Assembly (NCBI GenBank): GCA_964016885.1
Contig: OZ024743.1
Location: 347,200,001 to 347,264,000 of the forward strand
Reading direction: 5' to 3'
Length of the DNA: 64,000 bases
From: Eledone cirrhosa
Lineage: Eukaryota
Positions 28,120-39,789 of the stretch are shown one piece after another; within the stretch, counting starts at the first letter, position 1, and the number at the start of each line of letters is the position of its first letter. The position numbers were made by a program, and so were the translations under genes. Below the pieces are notes generated by a model. It ran no database searches. It saw only the letters and a program-made list of their open reading frames with translations, and was not told the DNA's origin.

Positions 28120-29970
28120 TCCCTATTATCCATTATATTTGGTCCTTCTTGCGCTACTTCATTCCATGTACGAAACTTATCTATATGTATTCTTCTTTGC
28201 CCACTTATTCCTGGGAGATACGTGGGGCCAGAGACCCCAAGGGAGAATAGTCGCGTTCATGGATATTATCCAAATATCCTGCTCGGGGTCTACGCTGGGG
28301 TCTCCTGCCAGTTCATTTTGCCTTTAAAATCTATCCAACCGTTCTTTCATGAGATATTTTCTCCACATCTCCGTAGAATCGGAGCTGTGCTCTCTTAATT
28401 CATTATTCCAAAGACGCTTCGAGGGAACTCCATTTCAGCCGCTTGTATTTGCTGTCTTATTCTTCGCTAAATACCAAAGATTAATGACCATATGTAAGGG
28501 TTGCCATGAATACAGAATCGAAGATAGAGAGTTTGACTTTTACACCTAGTTCAATTCCGATGAGTGAATGCTGAGGCTGGCGGATTACTGTACCAGCTCC
28601 TGCAATTGTTGCACTTAACTCAGCCTTCCACCACTCTTAGAAAAGAACAAACAATCCCATTTCCTACCAGTTTAGTAGTACCATAATTCCTGCAAATGCC
28701 AGCTGACTGATCCTGCACCCGCCTTTCTAAATTCCACCACTTTTATACCAGCTGCACATGTCAATCCTCTTCATGCTGAGTCCGATATCCACATTGAATT
28801 GTTTCAAATTAGCACCATTTCTCAGAACATAAATATTAAGACATTTGGACTGAGCGTTCAGGGCAACAAGAATTTATTTCTCGATTCTATATTCCTACAA
28901 AACCTTGCCCAATAGGTCCCGTGGAACTCGATCCTACACCTATTTTACGAAACAAGCATACACCTCTAAGCAATATTACCTCTATTTCCCGGAGATTGCT
29001 GCAATGTAAATATTTGTTGGCGTGTACTGCGTCCGGGCGAACATCTCATCAGTTAGCTTGAACTCGACAATGTCCCTACACCTCTTTGTCAGTCACTTAA
29101 CCAAGACTTTACAGAGGAGGCTTTAAAATTGTATCCCTATGTAATTAGAGCAATCTTTCTTTTTGGGGATTAGGGTTAGGCTTAGGGTTAAGGTTAGTAT
29201 TAGGTTCAGCGATAAATTTAGAAATTGCCATTACTCAGGAGTTTTTCAATGCCACCCGACACACACGTGTCAGCCTAAGAATATCTTGTTTATGTAAGGC
29301 TTTTATCATCTCGGGCAGCATTTCATCTTCTTCAAGGGCCTTATCCCATTTGACCACATTTATTGCTTTTGTGACCTTTTCCCGAGTTCATCATTGCTCC
29401 TAGATGCCTTTCATGTACAATAATGGATGGTGTAACCGACTTTAAGTGATGTGCAGAATATCCCCCTTCCACACATACACACTTTTTGTGGATGCACTAT
29501 TCTGAAGAAAAGAAAGATAAACTTAGACGCGTTCCTTGTAGCGGGCGAGGATGAGGACTTCTTATTACAAAATTGGCCTATGGTCTGCCTGAACAATTCA
29601 TTTGCTGATTTGGAGTCGTATTCCAGCTTAATTCCAAAGTCCTCGCATATCTTACCTTTGGACACCTTCATTCTCTCTGCTACGACATTTCGCGCTTGAT
29701 TGCACCACGAGTGCGAGCAGGTTCACGTTTTTAGAAGCCAGGCTTTGTAAGCCTCTTTCTTTGCTCAGATAGCATCTTTGATCTCTTGGCTCAATCAATG
29801 TTTCCTCTTGCCGGCTGGCACCACAACAAGTCGCTTTCATCTACAGCATTCAACAGCTGAAGCAGAAACTGCCGATTTTTACAATCGCCACTCCGTTTCA
29901 ACGTCTTCAATCTGCTTAGTGAATTCTCAGAATTTAGATGCAATACTGACCGTATACCTGTAACTATTCC
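28120..29970 (-). mobile_element. Decayed RTE-clade (Expander/REX3-like) LINE
   Basis: Minus-strand motifs EDFGIKLEYDSKSANELFRQTI, KAL..DEMLPEMIKAL, DRVPRDLL, KLSIFDSVFMATLTYGH, QIQAAEMEF. Confidence 0.8.
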
Positions 29971-30029
29971 ACTATTTCTGCGTGAATTAATATGTGAATT
30001 AATAATTACTTACATTTAATATCTGAATG

Positions 30030-30378
30030 TGGAGGCACGAGGGTTTGGGACTTACCATCATAACGTTGTGGATTCGATTCCTGTGTTGCGTGTTGTGTTC
30101 TTAAGAAAAACACTTAATTTCAGGTTGCTCCAATATAGTCAACCGAAAAACGAGTACCTTCAACAACTGGGGGTTTGACCCTGCGATGGATTGGCTTTCT
30201 GTCCGGTACTCTCGGTACTCTCCAGTATAGTCAGCTGAAAATGAGTACCAGCAACAACTGGGCGTTAACCCTGCGATGGATTGGCGTCCTGTCTGGTACT
30301 CATGGTTGCTTCACGGCATGAAACTGGGATAAGCACCGGCCAAATGAGCCTTCTGGTTTAAGACAGACTTTAGACTTT
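30030..30378 (+). mobile_element. Second SINE family (V/Meta-domain-like) with internal ~90-bp tandem duplication
   Basis: B-box-like GGATTCGATTCC, GTTGTGTTCTTAAGAAAAACACTT, twice ACCCTGCGATGGATTGGC, and tail GAAACTGGGATAAGCACCGGCC...AGACTTTAGACTTT. A partial relative lies at ~2575-2655. Confidence 0.65.
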
Positions 30379-30427
30379 AAAATATCTCAATACGTGCTTA
30401 TTGTACGTTTAACACTATATTTTATAG

Positions 30428-30604
30428 TACTTTATACTACAAGTAGATGACGCATTATATCGATTTAATATATAAACTAATATGTTTACTAACATTAATT
30501 ATATTGAGTTCTTATACTTTTATACTACAAGTAGATGACGCATTATATCGATTTAATATATAAACTAATATGTTTACTAACATTAATTATATTGAGTTCT
30601 TATA
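30428..30604. repeat. Perfect tandem duplication, ~88 bp x2
   Basis: TTTATACTACAAGTAGATGACGC...GAGTTCTTATA repeated head-to-tail. Confidence 0.95.
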
Positions 30605-30718
30605 TGGTTAACGTTCCTGCATCGACCAGGGAGACTCCTGGCATATATATGTAAATATGGGAGTGTGTGCGTGTATGTGTGGGTGCGCGCGCGTGCGTAT
30701 GCGTATTGGACCTCAGTC

Positions 30719-30769
30719 GATTCTGACGACGCGTTTTCCAATTATTTGGAAAACGGGAAAACATAAAAC
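30719..30769 (+). ncRNA. Possible hammerhead ribozyme (weak stems I/III)
   Basis: GATT CTGACGA CG CGTTTTCCAA TTAT TTGGAAAACG G GAAA ACA TA AAAC. Perfect 10-bp stem II between the intact core boxes. Confidence 0.55.
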
Positions 30770-31200
30770 TTACTAACATGACTTCGTAAAGGAAACAACG
30801 CACCACTCCGGAAGAGAATAGAAGTGCCTCCGATCTTGAGCAAAGCACCCTAATTAGTAGCCACAGATACATAGAAGTAGAATCTTGCATTTTAAATAAA
30901 TCGAATGGGAATAATCCTCAATTAACTTAGATTATCCAAATGATTTTTAAACTGAAAATATCGTTGTTGGGTGTTCAGTTGATGACTAGCAACGGAAACC
31001 ACTTCTATTGCCTAAGCTAATCTAACTTTTTTTGAACAATTTTAGACAATACTTAAAGATGGACCTTTATATAAGTAATTCATCATGCGAAATCTTAATG
31101 TTACGAAATAGATTAATATAATCTCCATATATATTTATATGGAATCATTTACTTGAATTGCAGTCATATCGAAATACTTTTATATATGTATGTATGTATG

Positions 31201-31270
<70 letters not shown>

Positions 31271-31381
31271 TGTGTCTGTGTTTGTGTGTTTGTGTGTATG
31301 TGTGTGTGTGTGTGTGTGTATGCATATATATCCATATATATATATATGTATATATATACATACACACACGCACACACACAC

Positions 31382-31457
<76 letters not shown>

Positions 31458-31459
<2 letters not shown>

Positions 31460-31600
31460 CAAAGGAATTGTGGTAAGGAACCAGATGGTCCATAACGCAC
31501 CAGAGTACTCAATACTTAGAGTAGGAAAAAAATTCTAGTTTAGTCCAGAAATAGACGTCGAAACGGCTTGAGCTCTGCCGTCGGGGCCATACTTTTCCTA
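31458..31600. mobile_element. Short hairpin-ended repeat in (TA)n (family with 14520, 45905, 51541)
   Basis: GTGGTAAGGAACCAGATGGTCCATAACGCACCAGAGTACTCAATAC...GTCGAAACGGCTTGAGCTCTGCCGTCGGGG. Confidence 0.75.
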
Positions 31601-31618
31601 TATATATATATATATATA

Positions 31619-32509
31619 CGAGGTGTGTCAGAAAAGTTCCAGGACTGATGTCACAAAAGGTTTATTTCAAACTCAAACTTCATACTAAGAGTTTTTCTCC
31701 TTCAAAGTGTTCCCCCTGGAGTCTAATGCACTTTTCCATCCTTTTCTGCCACGCTTGTATGCACTCATGGAAGGATTCTTCCGGGATCCTCCGCAATTTC
31801 GTCGTCACGGCCTCTTTGATGTCGTCCACATCTTCAAAACGGGTCCCTTACGGGTCGTACTCGAAGATCCATGGCTTATCACCGGTGATGACTGTTCCCA
31901 GCAAGTCTGGTTCGGTTTCAAAAGCTCGAGGATGTCCTGGCACACTTGCATGCGTCGACCCTTCTGGTCATCGTTCAGCAGTTTTGGCACCATCTTCGTG
32001 CAGACTTTCCGCATGTTCAAATCTTCAGTGATAATCTACCAGACGCAGTCCCGATTCATGCCCAGCTCATTTGCCATCAGTCGAACAGTCAGCCGACGAT
32101 CGCTACGCACCATCTGCCTGACGCGCTCAACGTTGACCTCAGTCCTGGTTGTTGACAGCCTTCCGCTCCTGGGGTCATCTTCCACGTCCTCGCGTCCTTC
32201 TTTAAACCTCTTGCACCACTCAAAAACACGTGAGCGTGACATCGTCTCGTCTCCATACACTTGCTGCAGTAATCCCAGTGCTTCTAACGGAGTTTTCAAG
32301 TTTGCTCGTTGCTCCGTGTTCATTGCTTGACGACCTGAAACAGAGGACAGGTATATAAAATTATGAAAAGTTTCATCGCTTCAGAGAGTGAAGATTACAG
32401 TTACATACCCCAGGGTGATTACTATGAAGGAGAAATCCCTTAGTGTGAAATTTGGGTTTGAAATTAATCTTTTGTGGCATCAGTCTGGAAACCATTCTGA
32501 CACACCTCG
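31619..32509 (-). mobile_element. Internally deleted mariner element with both TIRs and TA target
   Basis: TA-CGAGGTGTGTCAGAA...TTCTGACACACCTCG-TA. Transposase remnants EQRANLK, VFEWCKRFKEGREDVEDDPRSGR, MVPKLL, ITGDKPWIFEYDP fused to KGTRFEDVDDIK; most of the catalytic domain is deleted. Confidence 0.92.
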
Positions 32510-32566
<57 letters not shown>

Positions 32567-32569
<3 letters not shown>

Positions 32570-32748
32570 AAGGTTAAACAAGGTTCAATGAATAATCAAA
32601 GAATAAAGTTTTACAATAGATTAGAAGCACTATATTATTTTATCTGATGAGGACGTACTGTTGAAGATAGTTCAGTACCTCTGAAATATGTATAAAATAT
32701 ACTTGATCACACGAATGTCTATTTTTGTTAATATTTTGAATTAATATA
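32567..32748 (+). mobile_element. Short HHR-bearing PLE-like 3' end in (TA)n
   Basis: ~180 bp between microsatellites with a central HHR resembling the 17 kb one. Confidence 0.65.
32636..32699 (+). ncRNA. Minimal type-I hammerhead ribozyme
   Basis: TATTTTAT CTGATGA GG(AC)GTACTG..CAGTACC TCT GAAA TATG TA TAAAATA. Confidence 0.7.
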
Positions 32749-32749
32749 T

Positions 32750-32813
<64 letters not shown>

Positions 32814-33033
32814 CGTTTCTGAATTTGTTTAGCAAGATTCTTTATCTGAAATCGTGTGTTGAAACCGATATTGTTATACTTTGGGAGGGTCATGTTGCCA
32901 ATAATAAACACACGCACCAGTTGCTTTCACTTCAATTTATTATATATTTATAAATTTATAAATTTACAAATCTACAAACTTATAAATTTCTGGTTGGTTG
33001 GTTGGTTCCACAACCAGATAGTTGTTTATATAT

Positions 33034-33078
33034 AGTCATAGTCCTTTCGTCACACACTCTGTGACCTCTTCAGTGACT
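33034..33078 (-). ncRNA. Minimal type-I hammerhead ribozyme
   Basis: Minus: AGTCA CTGAAGA G GTCAC AGAGTGT GTGAC GAAA GGAC TA TGACT. Confidence 0.85.
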
Positions 33079-33478
33079 GGGGATTCCTTCTTTGTTTCTG
33101 TGCCTTTCCTTTCTTTTGTCCTACGCCATTTTGTTTTTGTGTGTGTGTTGTGTGCTCAGTTTGCGCATGCGCCACATCCGGGTGTGTGTGTGTGTTTGTG
33201 TTCATTTATCTATTTGTTTATTTATTTACATGTTGTTGGTTTGTTGTTTGTTCTATGTGTGTGTGTGTTTTCATTTTGTCCTTAATTGTAAGTTGTGATG
33301 TTGCTGTTCCACTCATATTTTCTATTTAATTTTGGTTGTAATTCTTTTATGCTTACTGCCTCTGTAATTTGCCTAAACATTGCATCTATTCTGTGTGTGG
33401 ATTCTATTTTATTTTTATTTATTTATTTATTGATTCTTTTTTTTTTCTATGTTCTCTAATTTACCCTTGTGTTCTATA

Positions 33479-33622
33479 GAGAACATAGAAATAAAAATAG
33501 AATCCACACACAGAAAAGATGCAATGTTTAGGCAAATTACAGAGGCAGTAAGCATAAAAGAATTACAACCAAAATTAAATAGAAAATATGAGTGGAACAG
33601 AAACATCACAACTTACAATTAA
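33479..33622 (+). pseudogene. C-terminal end of PLE GIY-YIG endonuclease ORF
   Basis: ENIEIKIESTHRKDAMFRQITEAVSIKELQPKLNRKYEWNRNITTYN* fits the R.I.EA..I.....LN...E motif that ends PLE (Neptune-like) ORFs. Mirrored on the minus strand at ~33283-33410. Confidence 0.75.
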
Positions 33623-33828
33623 GGACAAAATGAAAACACACACACACACATAGAACAAACAACCAACCAACAACATGTAAATAAATAAACAAATAGATAA
33701 ATGAACACAAACACACACAGACACCCGGATGTGGCGCATGCGCAAACTGAGCACACAACACACACACAGAAAAAAAATGGCGTAGGACAGAAGAAAGGAA
33801 AGGCACAGAAACAAAGAAAGGAATCCCC

Positions 33829-33873
33829 AGTCACTGAAGAGGTCACATAGTGTGTGACGAAAGGACTATGTCT
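33829..33873 (+). ncRNA. Minimal type-I hammerhead ribozyme
   Basis: AGTCA CTGAAGA G GTCAC ATAGTGT GTGAC GAAA GGAC TA TGTCT (one stem I mismatch). Confidence 0.8.
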
Positions 33874-34031
33874 ATATATAAACAACTATCTGGTTGTGGA
33901 ACCAACCAACCAACCAGAAATTTATAACTTTGTAGATTTTTAAATTTATAAATTTATAAATATATAATAAATTCAAGTGAATGCCACTGGTGCGTGTGTT
34001 TCTTATTGGCAACATGACCCTCCCAAAGTAT

Positions 34032-34149
<118 letters not shown>

Positions 34150-34483
34150 TTAGAAACACACAGATATATGCGGACACACACATATATACATGAATGCATC
34201 CGCACCCAACTGTGAGTTAAGGGTGCCAACTTCACCGATGTTGCTCAATGAATGACTGGGACAGACCAATTCAGTTTGAACCAGACTGAACCAGTATCAG
34301 AGTTAAAAATACATTATGAAGAGAGAAGAAACATTTAGATATAATTAGTAATAAAATGTATCATACCTAAACTGCTCCTAAATTCCTCGACTACGTAGTT
34401 TCGTGGCATAAACAAAAACAATATATCAAAGATATAGAGTCCTTGCGAGGTCTGCCGACTTATATATATATATATATATAAAT

Positions 34484-34659
34484 ATAAAGAAAAAGAGATG
34501 AAATCGAAAGTGCAACTGGAGTCTTATTTTTTTTAAAAATATATATATTAAAAAATAAGACTCCAGTTGCATTTTAGATTTCATCTCTTTTTCTTTATAC
34601 TTTCACTTGTGTAGGACACCTCGGTTATTTTTCTTTTTGTAAAAATACCTCACTTTCTA

Positions 34660-34661
<2 letters not shown>
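34484..34661. repeat. Fold-back element: ~48-bp inverted arms plus unpaired ~60-nt tail, in (TA)n
   Basis: TATAAAGAAAAAGAGATGAAATC..TGCAACTGGAGTCTTATTTTT / AAAAATAAGACTCCAGTTGCA..GATTTCATCTCTTTTTCTTTATA. Confidence 0.8.
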
Positions 34662-34732
<71 letters not shown>

Positions 34733-34945
34733 TATGTATAGGTACATACTTTTATATATATATATACAGGTTTACAGTAGTATGTATATATATATATACA
34801 TACATGCACACATATATAGATGTACGTATGGATTTACCGAACATTTATTATAATGCTCGGTGAGTTTGTAAATAAACATCCCGAATTAAGTCGTACAGTG
34901 TTTAGCTACCATCGTTGCTCTTTTGTTCAACACTGACAAAGGAAC

Positions 34946-34984
34946 GATATACTAGTTTCAAGCTTATTAGCTATCGTCAGCACC
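34946..34984 (-). ncRNA. Minimal type-I hammerhead ribozyme
   Basis: Minus: GGTG CTGACGA T AGCT AATA AGCT T GAAA CTAG TA TATC. Confidence 0.8.
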
Positions 34985-35374
34985 GTATACCTTCCTGCCA
35001 AATGGTTGAACGTCTGAAAGTATATACTTTCCTTATGCATATTAACGGCTGAGCAGCCTAATTTTCATATCGAGTGAGTTAATCGGCCGGGCGCACCGAC
35101 GACGTTAAACGGAAAAAATGAAACTAAATTTCATTTCTCACTCTTAGTACGGCTGTTACTTTAATATAAGTATGTATATATACATAGATATATGTATACA
35201 GACGTACAGTAGTATGTATATATATATACATACATGCACATATATATGTAGGTACGTATGGATTTACCGAACATTTATTATAATGTTCGGTGTGTTTGTA
35301 AACAAACATCCCGAATTAAGCCGTACAGTGTTTAGCAACCATCGTTGCTCATTTGTTCACACTGACAAAGGAAC

Positions 35375-35413
35375 GATGTACTAGTTTCAAGCTTATTAGC
35401 TATCGTCAACACA
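35375..35413 (-). ncRNA. Hammerhead ribozyme copy with core substitution (TTGACGA)
   Basis: Same motif as the neighbouring units, with C3>U. Confidence 0.6.
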
Positions 35414-35751
35414 GTATACCTTCCTGCCAGATGATTGAACTTTTGAAAGTATATACTTTCCTTATGCATATAAACGGCTGAGCAGCCTAATTTTCATATC
35501 GAGTGAGTTAATCAGCCGGGCGCACAACTGTACGTCTGTATACATATATGTATGTACGTATACATATTTATATTTAAGTAACAGCCGTACTAAGAGTGAG
35601 AAATGAAATTTTGTTTCATTTTTTCCATTTATCGTTTTCGGTGCGCCCGGCCGATTAACTCACTCGATATGCAAATTACGCTGCTCAGCCGTTAATATGC
35701 ATAAGGAAAGTATATACTTTCAGACGTTCGATCATCTGGCAGGAAGGTATA

Positions 35752-35790
35752 GGTGCTGACGATAGCTAATAAGCTTGAAACTAGTACATC
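35752..35790 (+). ncRNA. Minimal type-I hammerhead ribozyme
   Basis: GGTG CTGACGA T AGCT AATA AGCT T GAAA CTAG TA CATC. Palindromic stem III ACTAGT, GUA triplet. Confidence 0.85.
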
Positions 35791-35910
35791 GTTCCTTTGT
35801 CAGTGTTGAACAAAAGAGCAACGATGGTTGCTAAACACTGTACGACTCAATTCGGGATGTTTGTTTACAAACACACCGAGCATTATAATGAATGTTCGGT
35901 AAATCGATAC

Positions 35911-35953
<43 letters not shown>

Positions 35954-36144
35954 CATGTATGTATATATATACACATACTACTGTACGTCTGTATACATAT
36001 ATGTATGTACGTATACATACTTATATTTAAGTAACAGCCGTACTAAAAGTGAGGAATGAAATTTCGTTTCATTTTTTCCGTTTATATATATATATAAACG
36101 GAGAAAATGCATATATATACATATATACATATAAATATTTATAC

Positions 36145-36238
<94 letters not shown>

Positions 36239-36284
36239 ATGTATATTATTTATATGTATATATGTATATATATACATTTTTTCC

Positions 36285-36388
<104 letters not shown>

Positions 36389-36547
36389 ATACTTTGGGAG
36401 GGTCATGTTGCCAATAAGAAACACACGCACCAGTTGCTTTCACTTCAATTTAATTTATTAAATATTTATAAGTTTACAAATTTATAAATTTATAAATTTC
36501 TGGTTGGTTGGTTGGTTCCACAACCAGATAGTTGTTTATATATATAT

Positions 36548-36592
36548 AGTCATAGTTCTTTCGTCACACACTCTGTGACCTCTTCAGTGACT
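36548..36592 (-). ncRNA. Minimal type-I hammerhead ribozyme
   Basis: Reverse complement of 36707-36751. Confidence 0.85.
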
Positions 36593-36706
36593 GGGGATTT
36601 CTTTCTTCGTTTCTGTGCCTTTCCTTTCTTCTATCCTACGCATTTTGAAACAAAATGGCGTAGGATAGAAGAAAGGAAAGGCACAGAAACGAAGAAAGAA
36701 ATCCCC

Positions 36707-36751
36707 AGTCACTGAAGAGGTCACAGAGTGTGTGACGAAAGAACTATGACT
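36707..36751 (+). ncRNA. Minimal type-I hammerhead ribozyme
   Basis: AGTCA CTGAAGA G GTCAC AGAGTGT GTGAC GAAA GAAC TA TGACT. Confidence 0.85.
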
Positions 36752-36972
36752 ATATATATATAAACAACTATCTGGTTGTGGAACCAACCAACCAACCAGA
36801 AATTTATAAATTTATAAATTTGTAAACTTATAAATATTTAATAAATTAAATTGAAGTGAAAGCAACTGGTGCGTGTGTTTCTTATTGGCAACATGACCCT
36901 CCCAAAGTATAACAATATCGGTTTCAACACACGATTTCAGATAAAGAATCTTGCTAAACAAATTCAGAAACG

Positions 36973-37033
<61 letters not shown>

Positions 37034-37046
37034 CATTTATATATAT

Positions 37047-37080
<34 letters not shown>

Positions 37081-37109
37081 TTACATATATATATATATAT
37101 ATATATATT

Positions 37110-37162
<53 letters not shown>

Positions 37163-37525
37163 GCACATAACAATCATACGTACAGATCTAGTTATACATG
37201 TATACATTTGTGCAAATCTGTTTATTCTTTCCCGCCTTTTTCTTCTGCTCCATTGAACTTACATTTAAAAAATAAACTGCCTCCTACCATCCCACACCTC
37301 CCCCCTTCTCTCTCTCTCTATCATTTTATCTTTAAAACCTTCATTATTTTATTGTATTTTTTATATGCTCCATTGTGTTTTCCTTTCATTTATCTGAAAG
37401 TTTTTCTCAGAGCCAATATTTTTCTCTTTCACCTATATTCATTATATTTCTCTTATTCTTTTCTGAAATCTTTCATCTCTTTCTCTCTCTCTATCCCTCT
37501 TCAAACTTTCTCCCCTTTACCCTCT

Positions 37526-37583
<58 letters not shown>

Positions 37584-37624
37584 GCTCTCTCTCTCTCCCT
37601 TTACCCTTCTCTCTCTTTCTCTCC

Positions 37625-37723
<99 letters not shown>

Positions 37724-38135
37724 CCTATCCCGCTCTCTCTCTCTCTCTCTTTCTCTTGCTCTCTCTCTCTCTCTCCCTTTACCCTTTTCTCTCTCTCTCT
37801 CACTCTTTCTCTCTTTTATTTTGTATTTATATTTCCCAAAACATTACGCCCTTCTACCATGTCGCTATCTACCTATCCCTCTATCTATTTATTTCCCTAA
37901 ATCTATATCTCTCTCTGTACCCATCCATCAGACCAACGTTAAATCTATCTATTTACTTATCTATCTGTGTATTCCTTCATCTATGGCAATCTCTCTTATA
38001 TTAATCTATTTACCTATCTCTTACTGTGTATCTATCTGTCTATATTCATCAACCCATCTATCTACCTATCTACCTATCTATCTATATATCTATCTATCTA
38101 TCTATCTATCTACATATCTCTCTGTCTATCTATCA

Positions 38136-38196
<61 letters not shown>

Positions 38197-39789
38197 AGTA
38201 TTTATCTTTTTATCGCTTTATTTATCTATCTATATATCTTTCTACTTCCTTCTGTGTCTTCACTCCCTATTTTGTTCTTTATTTCACAGTTTCATATCGT
38301 CATTTTCATTCTTTCAGTTATAAACAGCAATTCTCTCTCAGTTTCTTTATCCTATTCTCTATCTATTTCATTTCTATCCCACTCTTCCTCCCACTCTCTT
38401 TTTTGCTTTCCTGCGTTATATCCATCTCATTGTTTACTTCTTTCCTTTTTTCTCTCCGCGGGATTCTCATCCATTCAGAATTCGTCACCACTTACATTTT
38501 TCGTCGTCAAATTGTCTTCACTTCAGATTCAAACCCCTCCATCAACACCACCGCCGAACCTATGCCAGAACCCCCTCAGAACAAGCGCACTCACACACAT
38601 ACACTACACACACACATACACACACGCACTCAAACGCACACAAATAAACAGCGGAATACACAAAACATCCGCCCTCCCCAGATAATAAATACATAAATAT
38701 ATAAACACGAAAAAATAAAGAATAGAAAAAAACAAAATATAAAAGCAAAAAAGAAATATTTTTCTTTTATAACATTTTCTCTTTTTGTTGTTAATTTTAT
38801 TGCTTTTTTATATGATAAATATTTTTATTTTTGAAGAAAATTCTTTTCTTTCCCTCCCCTTAATTTAAGGTCTCTCCACAAAATATATCCCCTTGACTTT
38901 CTTTAATTGTCGATCTTCCGTTCCTTCTCATCCCTATGTGGACAAAAGACGTCTAACTGTGTCCCCTCTTTCCTCCATCTTTTCCTCTGATAATCCCTTC
39001 TCAAAACAACAAACATATAAACACAACAATAATAACAAACATATAAATATTAGAAATATATATAATATATATTTATAAACATAGCTAAAAGGAAACGGAA
39101 GAATGAAGAAGACAATTTAAAGAAGAAAAAAAGACCAACTACAGCAGCAACAACTACAGCGACAAACGACGTTCATTTACAACGTTTCATCAGCAAATTT
39201 TCTCATAAACTTTCCTGGGGTTTCTTGGTGTGCATGAAAGGTGGATTTGGTATCGTAAAAACACACCCACACCCACTACACCTCCCCATGCACACCGGGT
39301 TTGTTGTTTATTTTAAATATCGAAGTTGATGAGTACAATGATGATGATAATGATGGTGATAACCACGAATAATATGTTGCTTATTAATATTTTTTATTAA
39401 TTTTAATTATTATTATTATGTGATTATTTTATTTTTAGATTTTAATATTGGGATTGTTAAGATAAAGGTGATCTGGTGATAAAGATGATGGTGGAGGTTT
39501 ATGATGACGATAATGTCAAGGACAATGGAAATTAAGATTGTTTATGAGGTAGTGAAAGAAGAATATAATGGCAGTGTAATGATATTATATTGCTAACAGA
39601 GTGTTAACATTCTGTGATAGGTGATGAGAATATAACTGATTAAAAACGAGCCCACGTATTTGACTGGTACTTTATTTTATCGATCATTGAAGGCTGAAAG
39701 TCGTGGTTGATCTCGGAAATATCTAAATTAACAACGCAAGGAAACTTAATTAAAAACGACAAAGCATTTAATACGATGTATTACACGAG

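Larger units (their letters stand above)
34728..36085. mobile_element. 430-nt tandem HHR repeat (retrozyme-like): ~1.9 direct units then ~1.3 inverted units
   Basis: GATTTACCGAACATTTATTA at 34831 and 35261 (period 430). Orientation flips at ~35526. One HHR per unit; non-coding. Confidence 0.85.

Noticed and set aside
34386-34455. Minus-strand GAAACTACGTAGTC (palindromic stem III + GUC)
   Set aside because: No recognisable CUGANGA box upstream; at most a half remnant.
34728-36085. CRISPR array or satellite interpretation of the repeats
   Set aside because: No short repeat/unique spacer pattern, eukaryotic context, and only ~3 units with dispersed relatives.
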